This document shows positions 25,874-35,210 of a DNA stretch of 64,000 bases, one piece after another. The translations under genes were made by a program, and so were the position numbers. The first letter of the stretch is position 1; each line of letters begins with the position of its first letter. The notes below the pieces were generated by a model, which was given only the letters and a program-made list of their open reading frames with translations, was not told the origin of the DNA and did not search any database. The stretch is from a virus. Location: the IMG/VR virus record IMGVR_UViG_3300035138_000081; one strand, given 5' to 3'.

Positions 25874-27808
25874 AATATATAATATAGGAAGTACTATTAC
25901 TAAGCAGGTTGAAATACTTGTAACAGTAAGAAGAATGGAACCTATGTTGTAGAAGTGCACAAACGTGAGATGCATCAAAGCCTTAGAAAAGCTTTGTAAC
26001 ATTGATTTAAAGAGAGTGGAACTGTTAGTTAGCTCGCACGTAGACTTATGTAAAATAGTTGTCCGAAGGGACCGAAGAACATTACACCATCAAGATCCTA
26101 AGGGGATTTAATTGTAGTAACATCTCTGTGTGAAAAGCAGAGAATCACTTGCAAATACATTGCAATATGCTTAGATAAAGAACAGTGCACGATCGATGAG
26201 AGATATTGAAATGAAAGGGTGAAACTCCCTTGGTAAAAGTAGATATCAAGCAACTATAGAAAATATGTCGAGTACGGAATTATTATATAGAGCTTTTATA
26301 CCAAGACGCTACTTTATAACTAGGTTAAAGCTTAAGGGTAGGCTAGGGTATATCAATTAATTGATGAAGGTTCTGAAGCTCAAGAAAGGGATAGGTCAAT
26401 AACAAACTATTGAGAATTTAATAAGGATATAATATTACCCAAGTAGATCCAAAAGAGGTCCAGGGAAATAGAATATCTTTAGAAAATTTAATATAGTGAG
26501 GATCTTGAACGGAGTATTGAAGGGGGGGAAACTTCTGTAACTAAGATCGGTTGTAAGATGAGTAACTTATAGTGAAAACTTACGATAGCGGGAAGGGATT
26601 GTTGATATTACTTAATGCGAACCAGGAGGTTGGTAGCCAACGAAGTTCGCAAACGAAAATGGGAATGCCGAATAGTTTTTCAAAGCTTAGAGAAAGCGAA
26701 ACGAGAAAAGCAGCTTTAATAAAAATATAAAGAGGCCAATGGAGCATATAAAAGTTCATCTCTCGTGTGAATAGGAGTAAGCAGAGAATCTTCCTGATAA
26801 AAGGTTCTAGAGATAGACCGTGCTAGCAATAGAATTATTGGGGTGTGCATTGTATATAGCTATTTAGATTGAGGCTTACGCTGTCACAAAGCGTAAGGGG
26901 AAACTCTCTAAGATGAAAAAGCTGAAACTAGGGAGGATGCATTATTTAAGACAGGTACTTTCCAATACCGAAAGCTTTAGAAGTTGTAAAGCCTTAAAGA
27001 CAGATGCCAATTCTTATTTAGAACTTAATAGAAGTAGGCTATAGGGATTGTTTATTGAACAGTGGGTATGTTTGCAGTTTGAATAAAACTAAGGAGTGAA
27101 ACTTAGCAAAGTTCAAAAACATATTAGATATAAACAACTAAGTACCTTTCTATACTTAGGATTGATATAGTTTAAGCTTCTAAAGAGTTACAGGTAAGTC
27201 TTAAATACCATGTTAGCGTTGTAACTATGCAGTATAGAATGACCCTTACGCACTTACAAAAAGTGTAAAAGCATAATTAAGTTTATGTAGAGGCTATCTT
27301 ACCTTAGCAGTTAAAGCAAAGCTGCATGTAAGGGATAGCATATATGATTAATAAGCTCTAACGCTACAGAAAACTGTTGAATCATATATGTAGTTGAATA
27401 TATTAGCATAGACAAGTTGATATAGTAACCAACAGTTATCTTATATATGAAGAGGACTTACACACACATAGTCTAGTGATACTTAAAAATTATTGTAGAA
27501 CTCTAGCGCTAAGGGTTATCCAATACAAAATTTTTATTAGGTGTATAGTCTTTTACATTTAGCATGTATATATATCTATAAAGCTCCTCCTATAACAGAA
27601 CACTCTTTGTATTTACTTATAAATAATTAATAACTACTTACGCTTAAGCACAATAACCGCTAGAGAAACCCTATGCTGTTTTTTTGTGTTAAGTTGTATT
27701 AAGCAAGTTTACCCAACACAGTAACATATATAAACACTATAGCGTAAAGTTTTTACGTATTTAGTGCCTATTAAATAATTAATAGGCCATACCCTAGGTA
27801 TTTTTTTA
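25874..27808 (+). ncRNA. candidate large structured non-coding RNA (about 1.9 kb)
   Basis: Sits between a consensus promoter and a hairpin plus T-run. All three stop codons are frequent in every frame. G+C is visibly higher than in the spacers. Many stems of 7-11 bp (26617-26650, 26875-26897, 27089-27106, 27293-27339, 27340-27389). Confidence 0.35.
27789..27808 (+). terminator. short hairpin plus T7
   Basis: ATACC, CTA loop, GGTAT, then TTTTTTT. The stem is only 5 bp. Confidence 0.35.
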
Positions 27809-28306
27809 AATTATTTTTTTATTTTTTTTTTTATTTTTTTTTTTAACCCTTTGCCGCTAGAGGATTGGTTTATTACCTTGCCTTTAGTGTTACTTTGTAG
27901 GTATTAATTTTTTATTAAATTTTTGGGTTTTTGCTGATAGAGGGGGATATAAATTAAATTTTTTTTTTGGAAAAAATAAATTATATCTCATTGGTATAAA
28001 AAACATATATATATATATATGCGATCGAATATATTGGGAGTCCCATTTTCCATTAGTAAGTTATTATTAATATATTATTAATATATTATATCTTTAAATA
28101 TATGGTATATACTGTAGTATACTCCAATATTCTCCATTTTTTAGATTTATATTCCTACATATATACATACCTATTCCATATCATTTATAGGACATATTCC
28201 GAGGAGCTATACTTTATTTTTCCCAATATTTTTTTTTTATATATAACCCCAAAAATTCCGCCAAACCCAAAAACCACCCAAAATTCAAGATACCGTCACC
28301 CAATTA

Positions 28307-28336
28307 ATAAAAAGGAAATAGTTCCTCTAGCGGAAA
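28307..28336 (+). repeat. 30-nt exact repeat, copy 1
   Basis: ATAAAAAGGAAATAGTTCCTCTAGCGGAAA is identical to 42403-42432. Confidence 0.85.
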
Positions 28337-28359
28337 GAGCCAGGAACACCACAGAAAAA

Positions 28360-28527
28360 TAATAATAATTATAAAAGAAAATTATTATTATTATAAATCA
28401 TTATAAATAATAATTATTTAATAATTAAATAATTAATAATTAATAATTAAATAATTATTAAATAATAATTAATTAATAATTAAACAATTATTAAATAATA
28501 ATAATTAAAATTAATAATTAATTAATA
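28360..28527. repeat. nearly pure A/T block of AATTATTAAATAAT-type repeats
   Basis: Tandem and inverted A/T-only repeats with almost no G or C. Confidence 0.8.
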
Positions 28528-28724
28528 GCTAAGGATAACAGAGAAGAGCACCTGCTTAGATAAGACTGCTAACTTACTGCTAAGGGTAAACCTATTCCCT
28601 AGAGGAAACTTGCACCCCCTATAGAAACAGACTACCCCTGTGAATTGTTACCCGGTGGTAAAATATTAAGCAGGTGACAAAATTTTAGGGTGTGGGCGAT
28701 TTTAGGAATCCCCGTATATTTTAA

Positions 28725-28804
28725 ACCGGATGGATAAAAATAAAGGAACCGAACCGAACCGACGAAAAAACCCTAAATACGAAGGGATACCGGATGGATA
28801 AAAA
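28725..28804 (+). repeat. direct repeats ACCGGATGGATAAAAA x2 flanking (GAACC)x3
   Basis: 16-mers at 28725-28740 and 28789-28804, with GAACCGAACCGAACCGA between them. Confidence 0.7.
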
Positions 28805-29210
28805 ATAAAAATAAAAACCAATTTTAAATATAAAAACCGAAATTATTTACCGTACGTTCTTGCGCAACCTCAAACACCCAAGTGGGCGAGAACCATGCAG
28901 ACTTAACCAAAATGGAGTCAATTCCTTTAGCGGTAAGTCTGCTTGTTGATGTTGTAATTCCTCAAGAGGGGAACTGTGAAGAAGGAATTGTTACTGACTG
29001 TTTTGAGTTTCCGACTCTTGAGGGGTAGTGTTGGGTTATTGGGAGGGAAGGGGTTTGGAGGTGAGAATGCTTGAGGCGACAAGTTTGGTTACCGAATCAA
29101 AAGATTGATTTCTGCGAAGAAGTGTTTTACCGCGAAACCGAAAATTTTTGAAATTTCGCAAGTTTTCCCGTTTGGTTGGTTTCCTTCCGGTTACTCGATC
29201 CGTTCAGGCG

Positions 29211-29235
29211 TTTTATGTTTGAAAATCATCACGGG
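29211..29235 (+). repeat. 25-nt conserved box, copy B
   Basis: TTTTATGTTTGAAAATCATCACGGG matches 19268-19292 at 23 of 25 positions. Confidence 0.6.
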
Positions 29236-29336
29236 AGGGTACGCGTTCAAAATTCCCTAGGGGGTTAACTACTATAAAAATTTAGGTTAGTTTTTCTCGC
29301 GCCCAAAAAAAATTTTATGTGCGACGGCTCAGGGAC

Positions 29337-29387
29337 GCATAAAGTACTGGGGCTCCGTATAAAGTACTGGGACCCCGTATAAATTTA
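29337..29387 (+). repeat. about 20-nt direct repeats, 2.5 copies
   Basis: CGCATAAAGTACTGGGGCT, CCGTATAAAGTACTGGGACC, CCGTATAAATTT. Confidence 0.7.
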
Positions 29388-29795
29388 AATAAAAAAAAAA
29401 TAATTATAAATTATAATTATTATAATTTATAATTATTTTTTTATTTAATTATTAAAATTAAAAAGAATTATATATTTTAATATTTATAATTTATAATATT
29501 TATCATTTATTATAATTATATTTTTTAATATTTATAATAAATGATAATTATAATTTATAATTATTAAAATTTTTAATAAATATAAAAATATAAAAAAATT
29601 TTTAAATTTTTAAAATTTTATATAAATTAGAGTATTTATTAATAAATTAATAATATATTAATATAATCTAATATAATTCCCTTATATAATATTTTATTAA
29701 TTTTATAATATATTATATAATATTATTATATTAATAATATATAATATATTATATTATATTATTATATTATTATATTATTAATAAATAATATAATA
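29388..29795. repeat. nearly pure A/T palindromic/tandem repeat block
   Basis: Long A/T palindromes, for example TAATTATAAATTATAATTATTATAATTTATAATTA near 29401-29440. Confidence 0.75.
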
Positions 29796-29809
29796 AAGGG
29801 GAAATAAAA

Positions 29810-30463
29810 ATGGGTAAAACTACAAATACCATAACTAAAACTGGGGATAATAACAATAATAATACTAATACTATAGGGGGGGATAATAATTTAAATAATT
29901 TAATTATTAATAATTTAAATAATACTTTAAATAAAACTAATAATTTAAATATTAATAATTTATTTTTTAATAATATTAATATAATTAATAATTTAAATTT
30001 TAATAATTTAAATAATTTAATTATTTTAAATAATAATAATTTTAAAATAGAATTATTAAATAATAATTTAATTATATTATTAAAAAATTATAATTTAAAT
30101 AATTATAATAATTATATTAATTTACAAAAATTATATTTAAATTTAAATAATTTTAATATTTTTTATAATATTATTATTAATAATTTAAATTTAAAAAATA
30201 TAATAATTAAAAAATATAATTTAAATAATAATAATATTAATTTTTTAAATATATATAACTTTATTTATATATTTAAATCTTCTAATTTAAATAATAAAAT
30301 AAATAATTTTTTATTAAATTTAAATAATATTATAAATAATAATAATTTAAATATTTTAAATATTAATACATTTAATAATAAAGAATATAAATTATTAGAA
30401 GATTTAAATATTATATCCCATAATATTAAATATAGTATAAATATTAATAATAATAATATTTAA
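29810..30463 (+). CDS. Asn/Ile/Leu-rich low-complexity ORF (coding status uncertain)
   Basis: 217 stop-free codons in roughly 95% A/T DNA. Has an AAAGGGGAAATAAAA-ATG RBS like the early genes. The normal-looking N-terminus MGKTTNTITKTGDNN is followed by NNLNNL-type repeats. Confidence 0.4.
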   Translation: MGKTTNTITKTGDNNNNNTNTIGGDNNLNNLIINNLNNTLNKTNNLNINNLFFNNINIINNLNFNNLNNLIILNNNNFKIELLNNNLIILLKNYNLNNYNNYINLQKLYLNLNNFNIFYNIIINNLNLKNIIIKKYNLNNNNINFLNIYNFIYIFKSSNLNNKINNFLLNLNNIINNNNLNILNINTFNNKEYKLLEDLNIISHNIKYSININNNNI

Positions 30464-31190
30464 AAAATTTAATAATTATATTATTTAATTAATTTATTTA
30501 ATAATTATAAATTATAATTATAATTTATAATTATTATTTTTTATAATTTTTTAATTAAATTTTTTAATTATTAAATTTTTTAATTATTAAATTTAATAAT
30601 TAAATTTTTTAATAATTAAATTTTTTAATACCCGGAGATTTTTAATAATTAAATTTTTTAATTATTAGGGCCCCAAATATTTTTGCCCCATAATAATTAA
30701 ATTTTTTAATTAAATTTTTTAATTATTTGGACCCAAAATTATTATGAGGCATAATAATTAAATTTTTTAATATTTTTTTAATGGGGGAAATAAACCCGGT
30801 ATTTTGCCCCGGTTATATAACCCCGTTTATATACCCGGCTATATATACGGGCTATATTAAGGCTGCTATTAATATTATTAATTTATTATTATTAATATAT
30901 TAATAATATTAATAATAATATTAATATTATTAATATATTATATATTATAATAATTATATTATTTAATTATTATTATAATTAATAATTAAATATAATAATT
31001 ATTTAATTAATATATAATAATAATTATATAATATAATAATTAAATAATATAATAATTAAAAAATATAATTATTATATTATTTAATTATATTTTTTAATTA
31101 TTATTTTTTAAAATTATTAAATTTTTTAATTATTAAATTTTTTAATAATTAAATTTTTTAATAATTAAATTTTAAAATATTTTGCCCTGC
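30464..31190. repeat. A/T repeat block (AATTAAATTTTTTAAT units) with embedded G/C islands
   Basis: Repeated AATTAAATTTTTTAATTATT units interrupted by short islands such as ACCCGGAG, GGGCCCC, GGACCC. Confidence 0.75.
30795..30860 (+). repeat. iteron-like tandem repeats CCCGG(Y)TATATA, 4-5 copies
   Basis: CCCGGTATTTTG, CCCCGGTTATATAA, CCCCGTTTATATA, CCCGGCTATATATA, CGGGCTATATTA. Confidence 0.65.
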
Positions 31191-31346
31191 GGCGGTAAAA
31201 TACTCGAGGCGTTTATACTTCCCCCGCTTAATCTCTTCTCCCCCCAAATAGACCTTGACTCTTTTTGCTCAAGCCAAGACGTGGCTCAAGCCAAGCTTTA
31301 TATAAACCAGTTTTTAACCGAATAAAAAATCAACGGTTGAATAAAT

Positions 31347-31427
31347 ATACGAAAGGATTATTTTAATTGGTTTATATCCATTATATATAAAACCATCAAT
31401 TTGGTTCCTTGTTCCCCTAGCGGCTAT
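31347..31427 (+). promoter_or_regulatory. composite intergenic element, copy E2
   Basis: ATACGAAAGG, then TATATCCATTATATATAA, then TTCCCCTAGCGGC. Same order as copy E3. Confidence 0.3.
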
Positions 31428-31502
31428 CTTGCGTGCAAACAAAAACCGAAACACGAGCACCTAAAAAAATTTTATAAAAAAAAATAAAATTTAGTAAAAA
31501 CA

Positions 31503-31531
31503 TTGATTTATTTATAAAAATAATATATAAT
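31503..31531 (+). promoter_or_regulatory. sigma-A/sigma-70-like promoter
   Basis: TTGATT, 17 nt, TATAAT. Heads the plus-strand block. Confidence 0.6.
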
Positions 31532-31572
31532 ATATTTATAAATAAATATAAATAATTTGTAGGAGGAAGATA

Positions 31573-31992
31573 ATGTTTAGAAAAGAAGACACAACTGGAT
31601 ACTTGTTGCTTATAAGAGCTAACAAGCAACAATTTAGCTTAAACTTAGATGAAATTAGTACTTTTGGAGAAGCTTACCTTAAGGGCAAGCACAATGAAGC
31701 TTATGGTGGATTTAATTTGCACAAACTATTTTACACATTTGTTAAATTAAACAGAGAGCAAGATTTTAAATTTTATTTGATAAACCGTGTGCTTGGGTAT
31801 AGTGTTGAACTAACAGCCGATGATGCATTTAGCGAAATATACATACACAGCTTAATTGCGATGCAGAACACAAAACGCGTAGAAGCTGAATTAACTTGCG
31901 ATGAAGTAAGCAGTTTACTTGATGAAGAAAAACCAAAAATGCATACCCTAGCGGAATTACGCGCGAAAGTGAGGAAGCAAAATGAAAACTAA
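31573..31992 (+). CDS. hypothetical protein
   Basis: 139-aa ORF with an AGGAGGAAG RBS. Confidence 0.6.
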   Translation: MFRKEDTTGYLLLIRANKQQFSLNLDEISTFGEAYLKGKHNEAYGGFNLHKLFYTFVKLNREQDFKFYLINRVLGYSVELTADDAFSEIYIHSLIAMQNTKRVEAELTCDEVSSLLDEEKPKMHTLAELRAKVRKQNEN

Positions 31993-32551
31993 TGATGTAT
32001 ATTTAGTATTTGGTGATGAACGCAAACAAGTTGCAACTTTACATGAACTTAGAACTGAGAAAGACTATTTGGTTGCGTATGAGTTAGCCGTTATTGATGA
32101 ATGGGACTTAAATGGAGAACATAAAACACAAATAGAGAATTTAACACCAAAATTTAGTGAATTTTATAGTTTAGTTAGAAAATGTATTGATTTTAACCTT
32201 GATTTTTACTTATGGTGTGAAGAAGGAATGATTGATATGCGTAGTGACACTAAATTGCAAGAATATGAATTGACTTTTTATTTAACAGAAGAGATTATTG
32301 AAACTTTTAACACTACAAGGGAAGCTTTTGAATGTTTGAGAATGTTGAACCAACCTAGACTGTGGTGGAATGTTAAAGGAATTGTGTACAACAAGAACAA
32401 AATTGAAAGCATAATTTTAAGAAAAAAAATAGTGAGTGCAAGAGATACGAGAGAAACATGGTATAGTGGTTATTTGGATAATGCCGAAATAATTGATATT
32501 GAAGAATTTATAAAATTAAATACAGTAAGATTTGCTGTGAAGGAGGTTTAA
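31982..32551 (+). CDS. hypothetical protein
   Basis: 189-aa ORF, overlapping start/stop with its neighbour. Confidence 0.6.
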   Translation: MKTNDVYLVFGDERKQVATLHELRTEKDYLVAYELAVIDEWDLNGEHKTQIENLTPKFSEFYSLVRKCIDFNLDFYLWCEEGMIDMRSDTKLQEYELTFYLTEEIIETFNTTREAFECLRMLNQPRLWWNVKGIVYNKNKIESIILRKKIVSARDTRETWYSGYLDNAEIIDIEEFIKLNTVRFAVKEV

Positions 32552-32552
32552 G

Positions 32553-33311
32553 ATGGGGATACAAGTTTTTGATGGTACTGACACATGCTTTACAAGAAAA
32601 TGGGTGCTTAGGTGGAAGTTAAAAAATATAAAAAGATGGGAAGGCATTGAAACTGCTGGTGACCCTGAAGCAATTGCTTTTGCTGAAGCTGTACAAAAAA
32701 AGCAAAGTAAGTGGATAAAACACACTTTTTTGATAGGGAAATTGGTTGAAACTGGTGAAGTTTGGAAGAAAATGAACACAAACCAGTATATGAAGATGGA
32801 TATTGCAAAAATGAGTAACAATGCTGAAGAAATGAGAAAGAAGTATACTGAAGGGCAGTTTGAAGATTTATATAAGAAAATTGAGTTAGTAAAAAGCAAT
32901 TTGGATGAAGCTAAAACTGCAGCAAGAGAACAAGTTTTTAAAACAATGCAAGTATTTTTACAAAGAGACGAAACATATGAATTTAAAACTTACATGCTTA
33001 AAGATGCTAACTTGCCCATACACAAGGCAGAAATGCATTTGCGTATGCTTATAAAAAAACACGGTTTTAATTATGCAAAAGTTGTGAAGGGTTTAGACAT
33101 TAATGAAAGAAGTATACTTATAATGGCGGAAGATACAACTACTTTAGAACAAGCCATTATGCAGAATACTGTATATGCAAAGCCTGAAGGGAGGATTGCA
33201 CTTGTATACAGTATTTTAGACTTTTGGAAGAAGCAAGATGAAAAAGAAGCAAGGGAACTTAAAAAGCTTAAAGAAGCTAAAAAACGTGCTGCGGAGGAGT
33301 TTAGTGAGTAA
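32553..33311 (+). CDS. hypothetical protein
   Basis: 252-aa ORF with an AAGGAGG RBS. Confidence 0.6.
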   Translation: MGIQVFDGTDTCFTRKWVLRWKLKNIKRWEGIETAGDPEAIAFAEAVQKKQSKWIKHTFLIGKLVETGEVWKKMNTNQYMKMDIAKMSNNAEEMRKKYTEGQFEDLYKKIELVKSNLDEAKTAAREQVFKTMQVFLQRDETYEFKTYMLKDANLPIHKAEMHLRMLIKKHGFNYAKVVKGLDINERSILIMAEDTTTLEQAIMQNTVYAKPEGRIALVYSILDFWKKQDEKEARELKKLKEAKKRAAEEFSE

Positions 33312-33621
33312 CCAGAGTGAATTTGATGAAAAAGATATTTTTGGTGACATTGTAGATTTTGAAACAGATGAACGCAAAGACAAACAAGTACAGTATGAAC
33401 ATATTTGTGAAGTTTGTAAAGGCGCGTTGTATATTGATGTTGAAGTAGAACGTGAAAAAGTTGACTATTGCCAAGTTGCAGAAGAAGCGGTAACGAGAGA
33501 AAATATGCCGCTACAATATTTTAACACATATTGCCCGAAGTGTGGATGTGAAACACGTATAGGTGTACTTGCACAGAAAATTTTGAGTATTAGTATAAGT
33601 TGTGATTGGAAACTTTTATAA
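33304..33621 (+). CDS. zinc-ribbon protein
   Basis: Start set to GTG 33304, which follows a GGAG RBS. Contains CEVCKG...CPKCGC. Confidence 0.45.
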   Translation: MSNQSEFDEKDIFGDIVDFETDERKDKQVQYEHICEVCKGALYIDVEVEREKVDYCQVAEEAVTRENMPLQYFNTYCPKCGCETRIGVLAQKILSISISCDWKLL

Positions 33622-33627
33622 TAACCC

Positions 33628-33656
33628 TTGATTTATATTATAAAATATATTATAAT
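33628..33656 (+). promoter_or_regulatory. sigma-A/sigma-70-like promoter
   Basis: TTGATT, 17 nt, TATAAT. Confidence 0.6.
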
Positions 33657-33689
33657 ATTATTATAGAAATTTTTAAAAGGAGCAATAAA

Positions 33690-33938
33690 ATGGCAGAGAC
33701 AAATAGTGAGAAATTGGCTAAGATGGAACAAAGCTTGCAAAAAAACAGCAATACTAAAAAAGTACAAGCATTTAACTTAAAGGCAGTAAATGCGGATTTG
33801 ATTATTGCAGCTGCAAAAGCTTTAAACCTTAGCAAGAGTGGTATAATTGATGTATTGATTGAAAGCAATGCTGCAGAACTAACAGCATTGATTGAAAAGA
33901 ACATGCCAGAAACAGAACCAGAAGAAATTTTGGAGTAA
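33690..33938 (+). CDS. hypothetical protein
   Basis: Start set to ATG 33690, which follows an AAAGGAG RBS. The track start overlaps the promoter. Confidence 0.55.
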   Translation: MAETNSEKLAKMEQSLQKNSNTKKVQAFNLKAVNADLIIAAAKALNLSKSGIIDVLIESNAAELTALIEKNMPETEPEEILE

Positions 33939-33965
33939 CCCCTAGCGGAATTGAGGTGAACTAAG

Positions 33966-34598
33966 GTGGAATGTGAAAAAGTAGCAGATGGCAGAGTATT
34001 GAGTTACCCGTATGTTGATTTACTAATGTATATTGAAGAACTAAAAGGTTTTAAGAATACTGACAGTGAAAAATTGAGCAAAGTATATAGTTTAGTGCAA
34101 AAAGTTTATTTATATGAGAGAGTGGAATTTGCTGCGTTTTTAACTGATGCCGCTATGGATGTTGCTACTGCAGATTGGAATTTTTTAAAGAGAGAGTTTT
34201 TAAATTGGACAGCACCAAATGAAGTTAAAGCTTTTGAAATATTGCAAGATTTTATTGGAAGCAATAAAATAACAAGTATTTATGCACTTGAAAAGCATTT
34301 ACACCGTATTGTTGAATTAGAGCAAAAATTGCCAAGTTTTATTGTTGCAGGGTATTTGTACAGTTTAAGTGAGTACGCAAAAGATTATTTAATAAATAAA
34401 AATGCAAAGTGTGAATTGCCTAAGATAGCGGAACATATTGTGAATTGCATATATAAATACCAACTTGAAATAATTGCAGCGCATAAGAAGTGTTTTGATG
34501 TGAATAATAAGACACTTGAAGAGGTTAGGCGAATAGATAGCATGAAGAGGAAATACACTTTGTACTGGAGAATACAATATAAAGGAGACATAAAGTGA
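33966..34598 (+). CDS. hypothetical protein
   Basis: 210-aa ORF with a GTG start after a GAGGTGA RBS. Confidence 0.55.
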   Translation: MECEKVADGRVLSYPYVDLLMYIEELKGFKNTDSEKLSKVYSLVQKVYLYERVEFAAFLTDAAMDVATADWNFLKREFLNWTAPNEVKAFEILQDFIGSNKITSIYALEKHLHRIVELEQKLPSFIVAGYLYSLSEYAKDYLINKNAKCELPKIAEHIVNCIYKYQLEIIAAHKKCFDVNNKTLEEVRRIDSMKRKYTLYWRIQYKGDIK

Positions 34599-34852
34599 AA
34601 AATTATATTGGTTGTAAAATAGTAGCTGCAGAACCAATGACAGCTGGAGAATTTGAGAAGAAGTTTAATAAAAAAGTAAGTGATGAAGAGCAATTAGGGT
34701 ATTTAGTAGTATACCCACCAATTGGAGATAGTGCGGGCGTATATACAAGTTGGTGCCCGAAGAGTGTTTTTGAAAAATGCAACAGAGAAGTTGATACTGC
34801 TGAGGAGGAGCTTATGGGTGATGTAGAGAAGGGTTATACATGGAAAGACTAA
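34595..34852 (+). CDS. hypothetical protein
   Basis: 85-aa ORF, overlapping start/stop with its neighbour. Confidence 0.55.
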   Translation: MKNYIGCKIVAAEPMTAGEFEKKFNKKVSDEEQLGYLVVYPPIGDSAGVYTSWCPKSVFEKCNREVDTAEEELMGDVEKGYTWKD

Positions 34853-35070
34853 CAGAAAGTTTTGCAAAACTTGGTATTGCTTTTAAAAAGTGTTTTACTA
34901 ATGTATTTAAGAATTTTTGGATTGCAAAACAACTTACTAGAGGCAAACGAGAACTTGTAAATGAATTACTTGATTTTACAAATAAAGAAAATGAATTTTG
35001 TGCATTAACAGGTTACACCTTTAAAGATTTTATAAAACTGTTACATGATGGTAATATACAGATAAAATAA
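34840..35070 (+). CDS. hypothetical protein
   Basis: 76-aa ORF followed by a hairpin and T-run. Confidence 0.5.
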   Translation: MERLTESFAKLGIAFKKCFTNVFKNFWIAKQLTRGKRELVNELLDFTNKENEFCALTGYTFKDFIKLLHDGNIQIK

Positions 35071-35083
35071 GAGTAAGAGTAAT

Positions 35084-35105
35084 TAGGCCGCAAGGCTTTT
35101 TTTTT
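35084..35105 (+). terminator. weak hairpin (GCAA loop) plus T9
   Basis: The GCC/GGC core stem is short, but it is followed by a run of 9 T. Confidence 0.45.
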
Positions 35106-35137
35106 GAAAAGAAATTAAAGAATTTTATTAAAAACCC

Positions 35138-35166
35138 TTGATTTTTTTAGCGAAGTATTTTATAAT
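35138..35166 (+). promoter_or_regulatory. sigma-A/sigma-70-like promoter
   Basis: TTGATT, 17 nt, TATAAT. Upstream of the terminase genes. Confidence 0.6.
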
Positions 35167-35210
35167 TATATATAATAAATATTATATTTTTTTAATAAAG
35201 GAAGTTAAAA

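Noticed and set aside
25874-27808. The ORF-free 1.9 kb explained by an alternative genetic code (stop-codon reassignment)
   Set aside because: TAA, TAG and TGA all occur repeatedly in all frames here, and the flanking genes are intact under the standard code.
28102-28362. ORF 28102..28362 (+), and ORF 31417..31632 (-)
   Set aside because: Both lie in repeat or promoter DNA, have no RBS and have low-complexity translations. The second overlaps the 31503 promoter and the start of gene 31573.
25874-29390. tRNA genes in the G/C-richer non-coding stretches
   Set aside because: I looked for GTTCRANYC-type T-loops with matching acceptor stems and found none. Without a search program I cannot fully exclude them.
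28360-31190. The A/T-rich repeat blocks read as a CRISPR array or as a tandem minisatellite coding region
   Set aside because: There is no unique-spacer/repeat alternation. The sequence is low-complexity A/T palindromes. Only the 29810..30463 frame is open.
32516-32899. Minus-strand ORFs inside the plus-strand late block (32516..32899, 33650..33904, 34385..34693, 35192..35638, 36085..36603, 37121..37372, 40651..41015, 45259..45640, 51612..52121, 54360..54970)
   Set aside because: They are antisense to long, well-supported structural genes. They are hydrophobic and low-complexity, as expected from the reverse complement of coding DNA.
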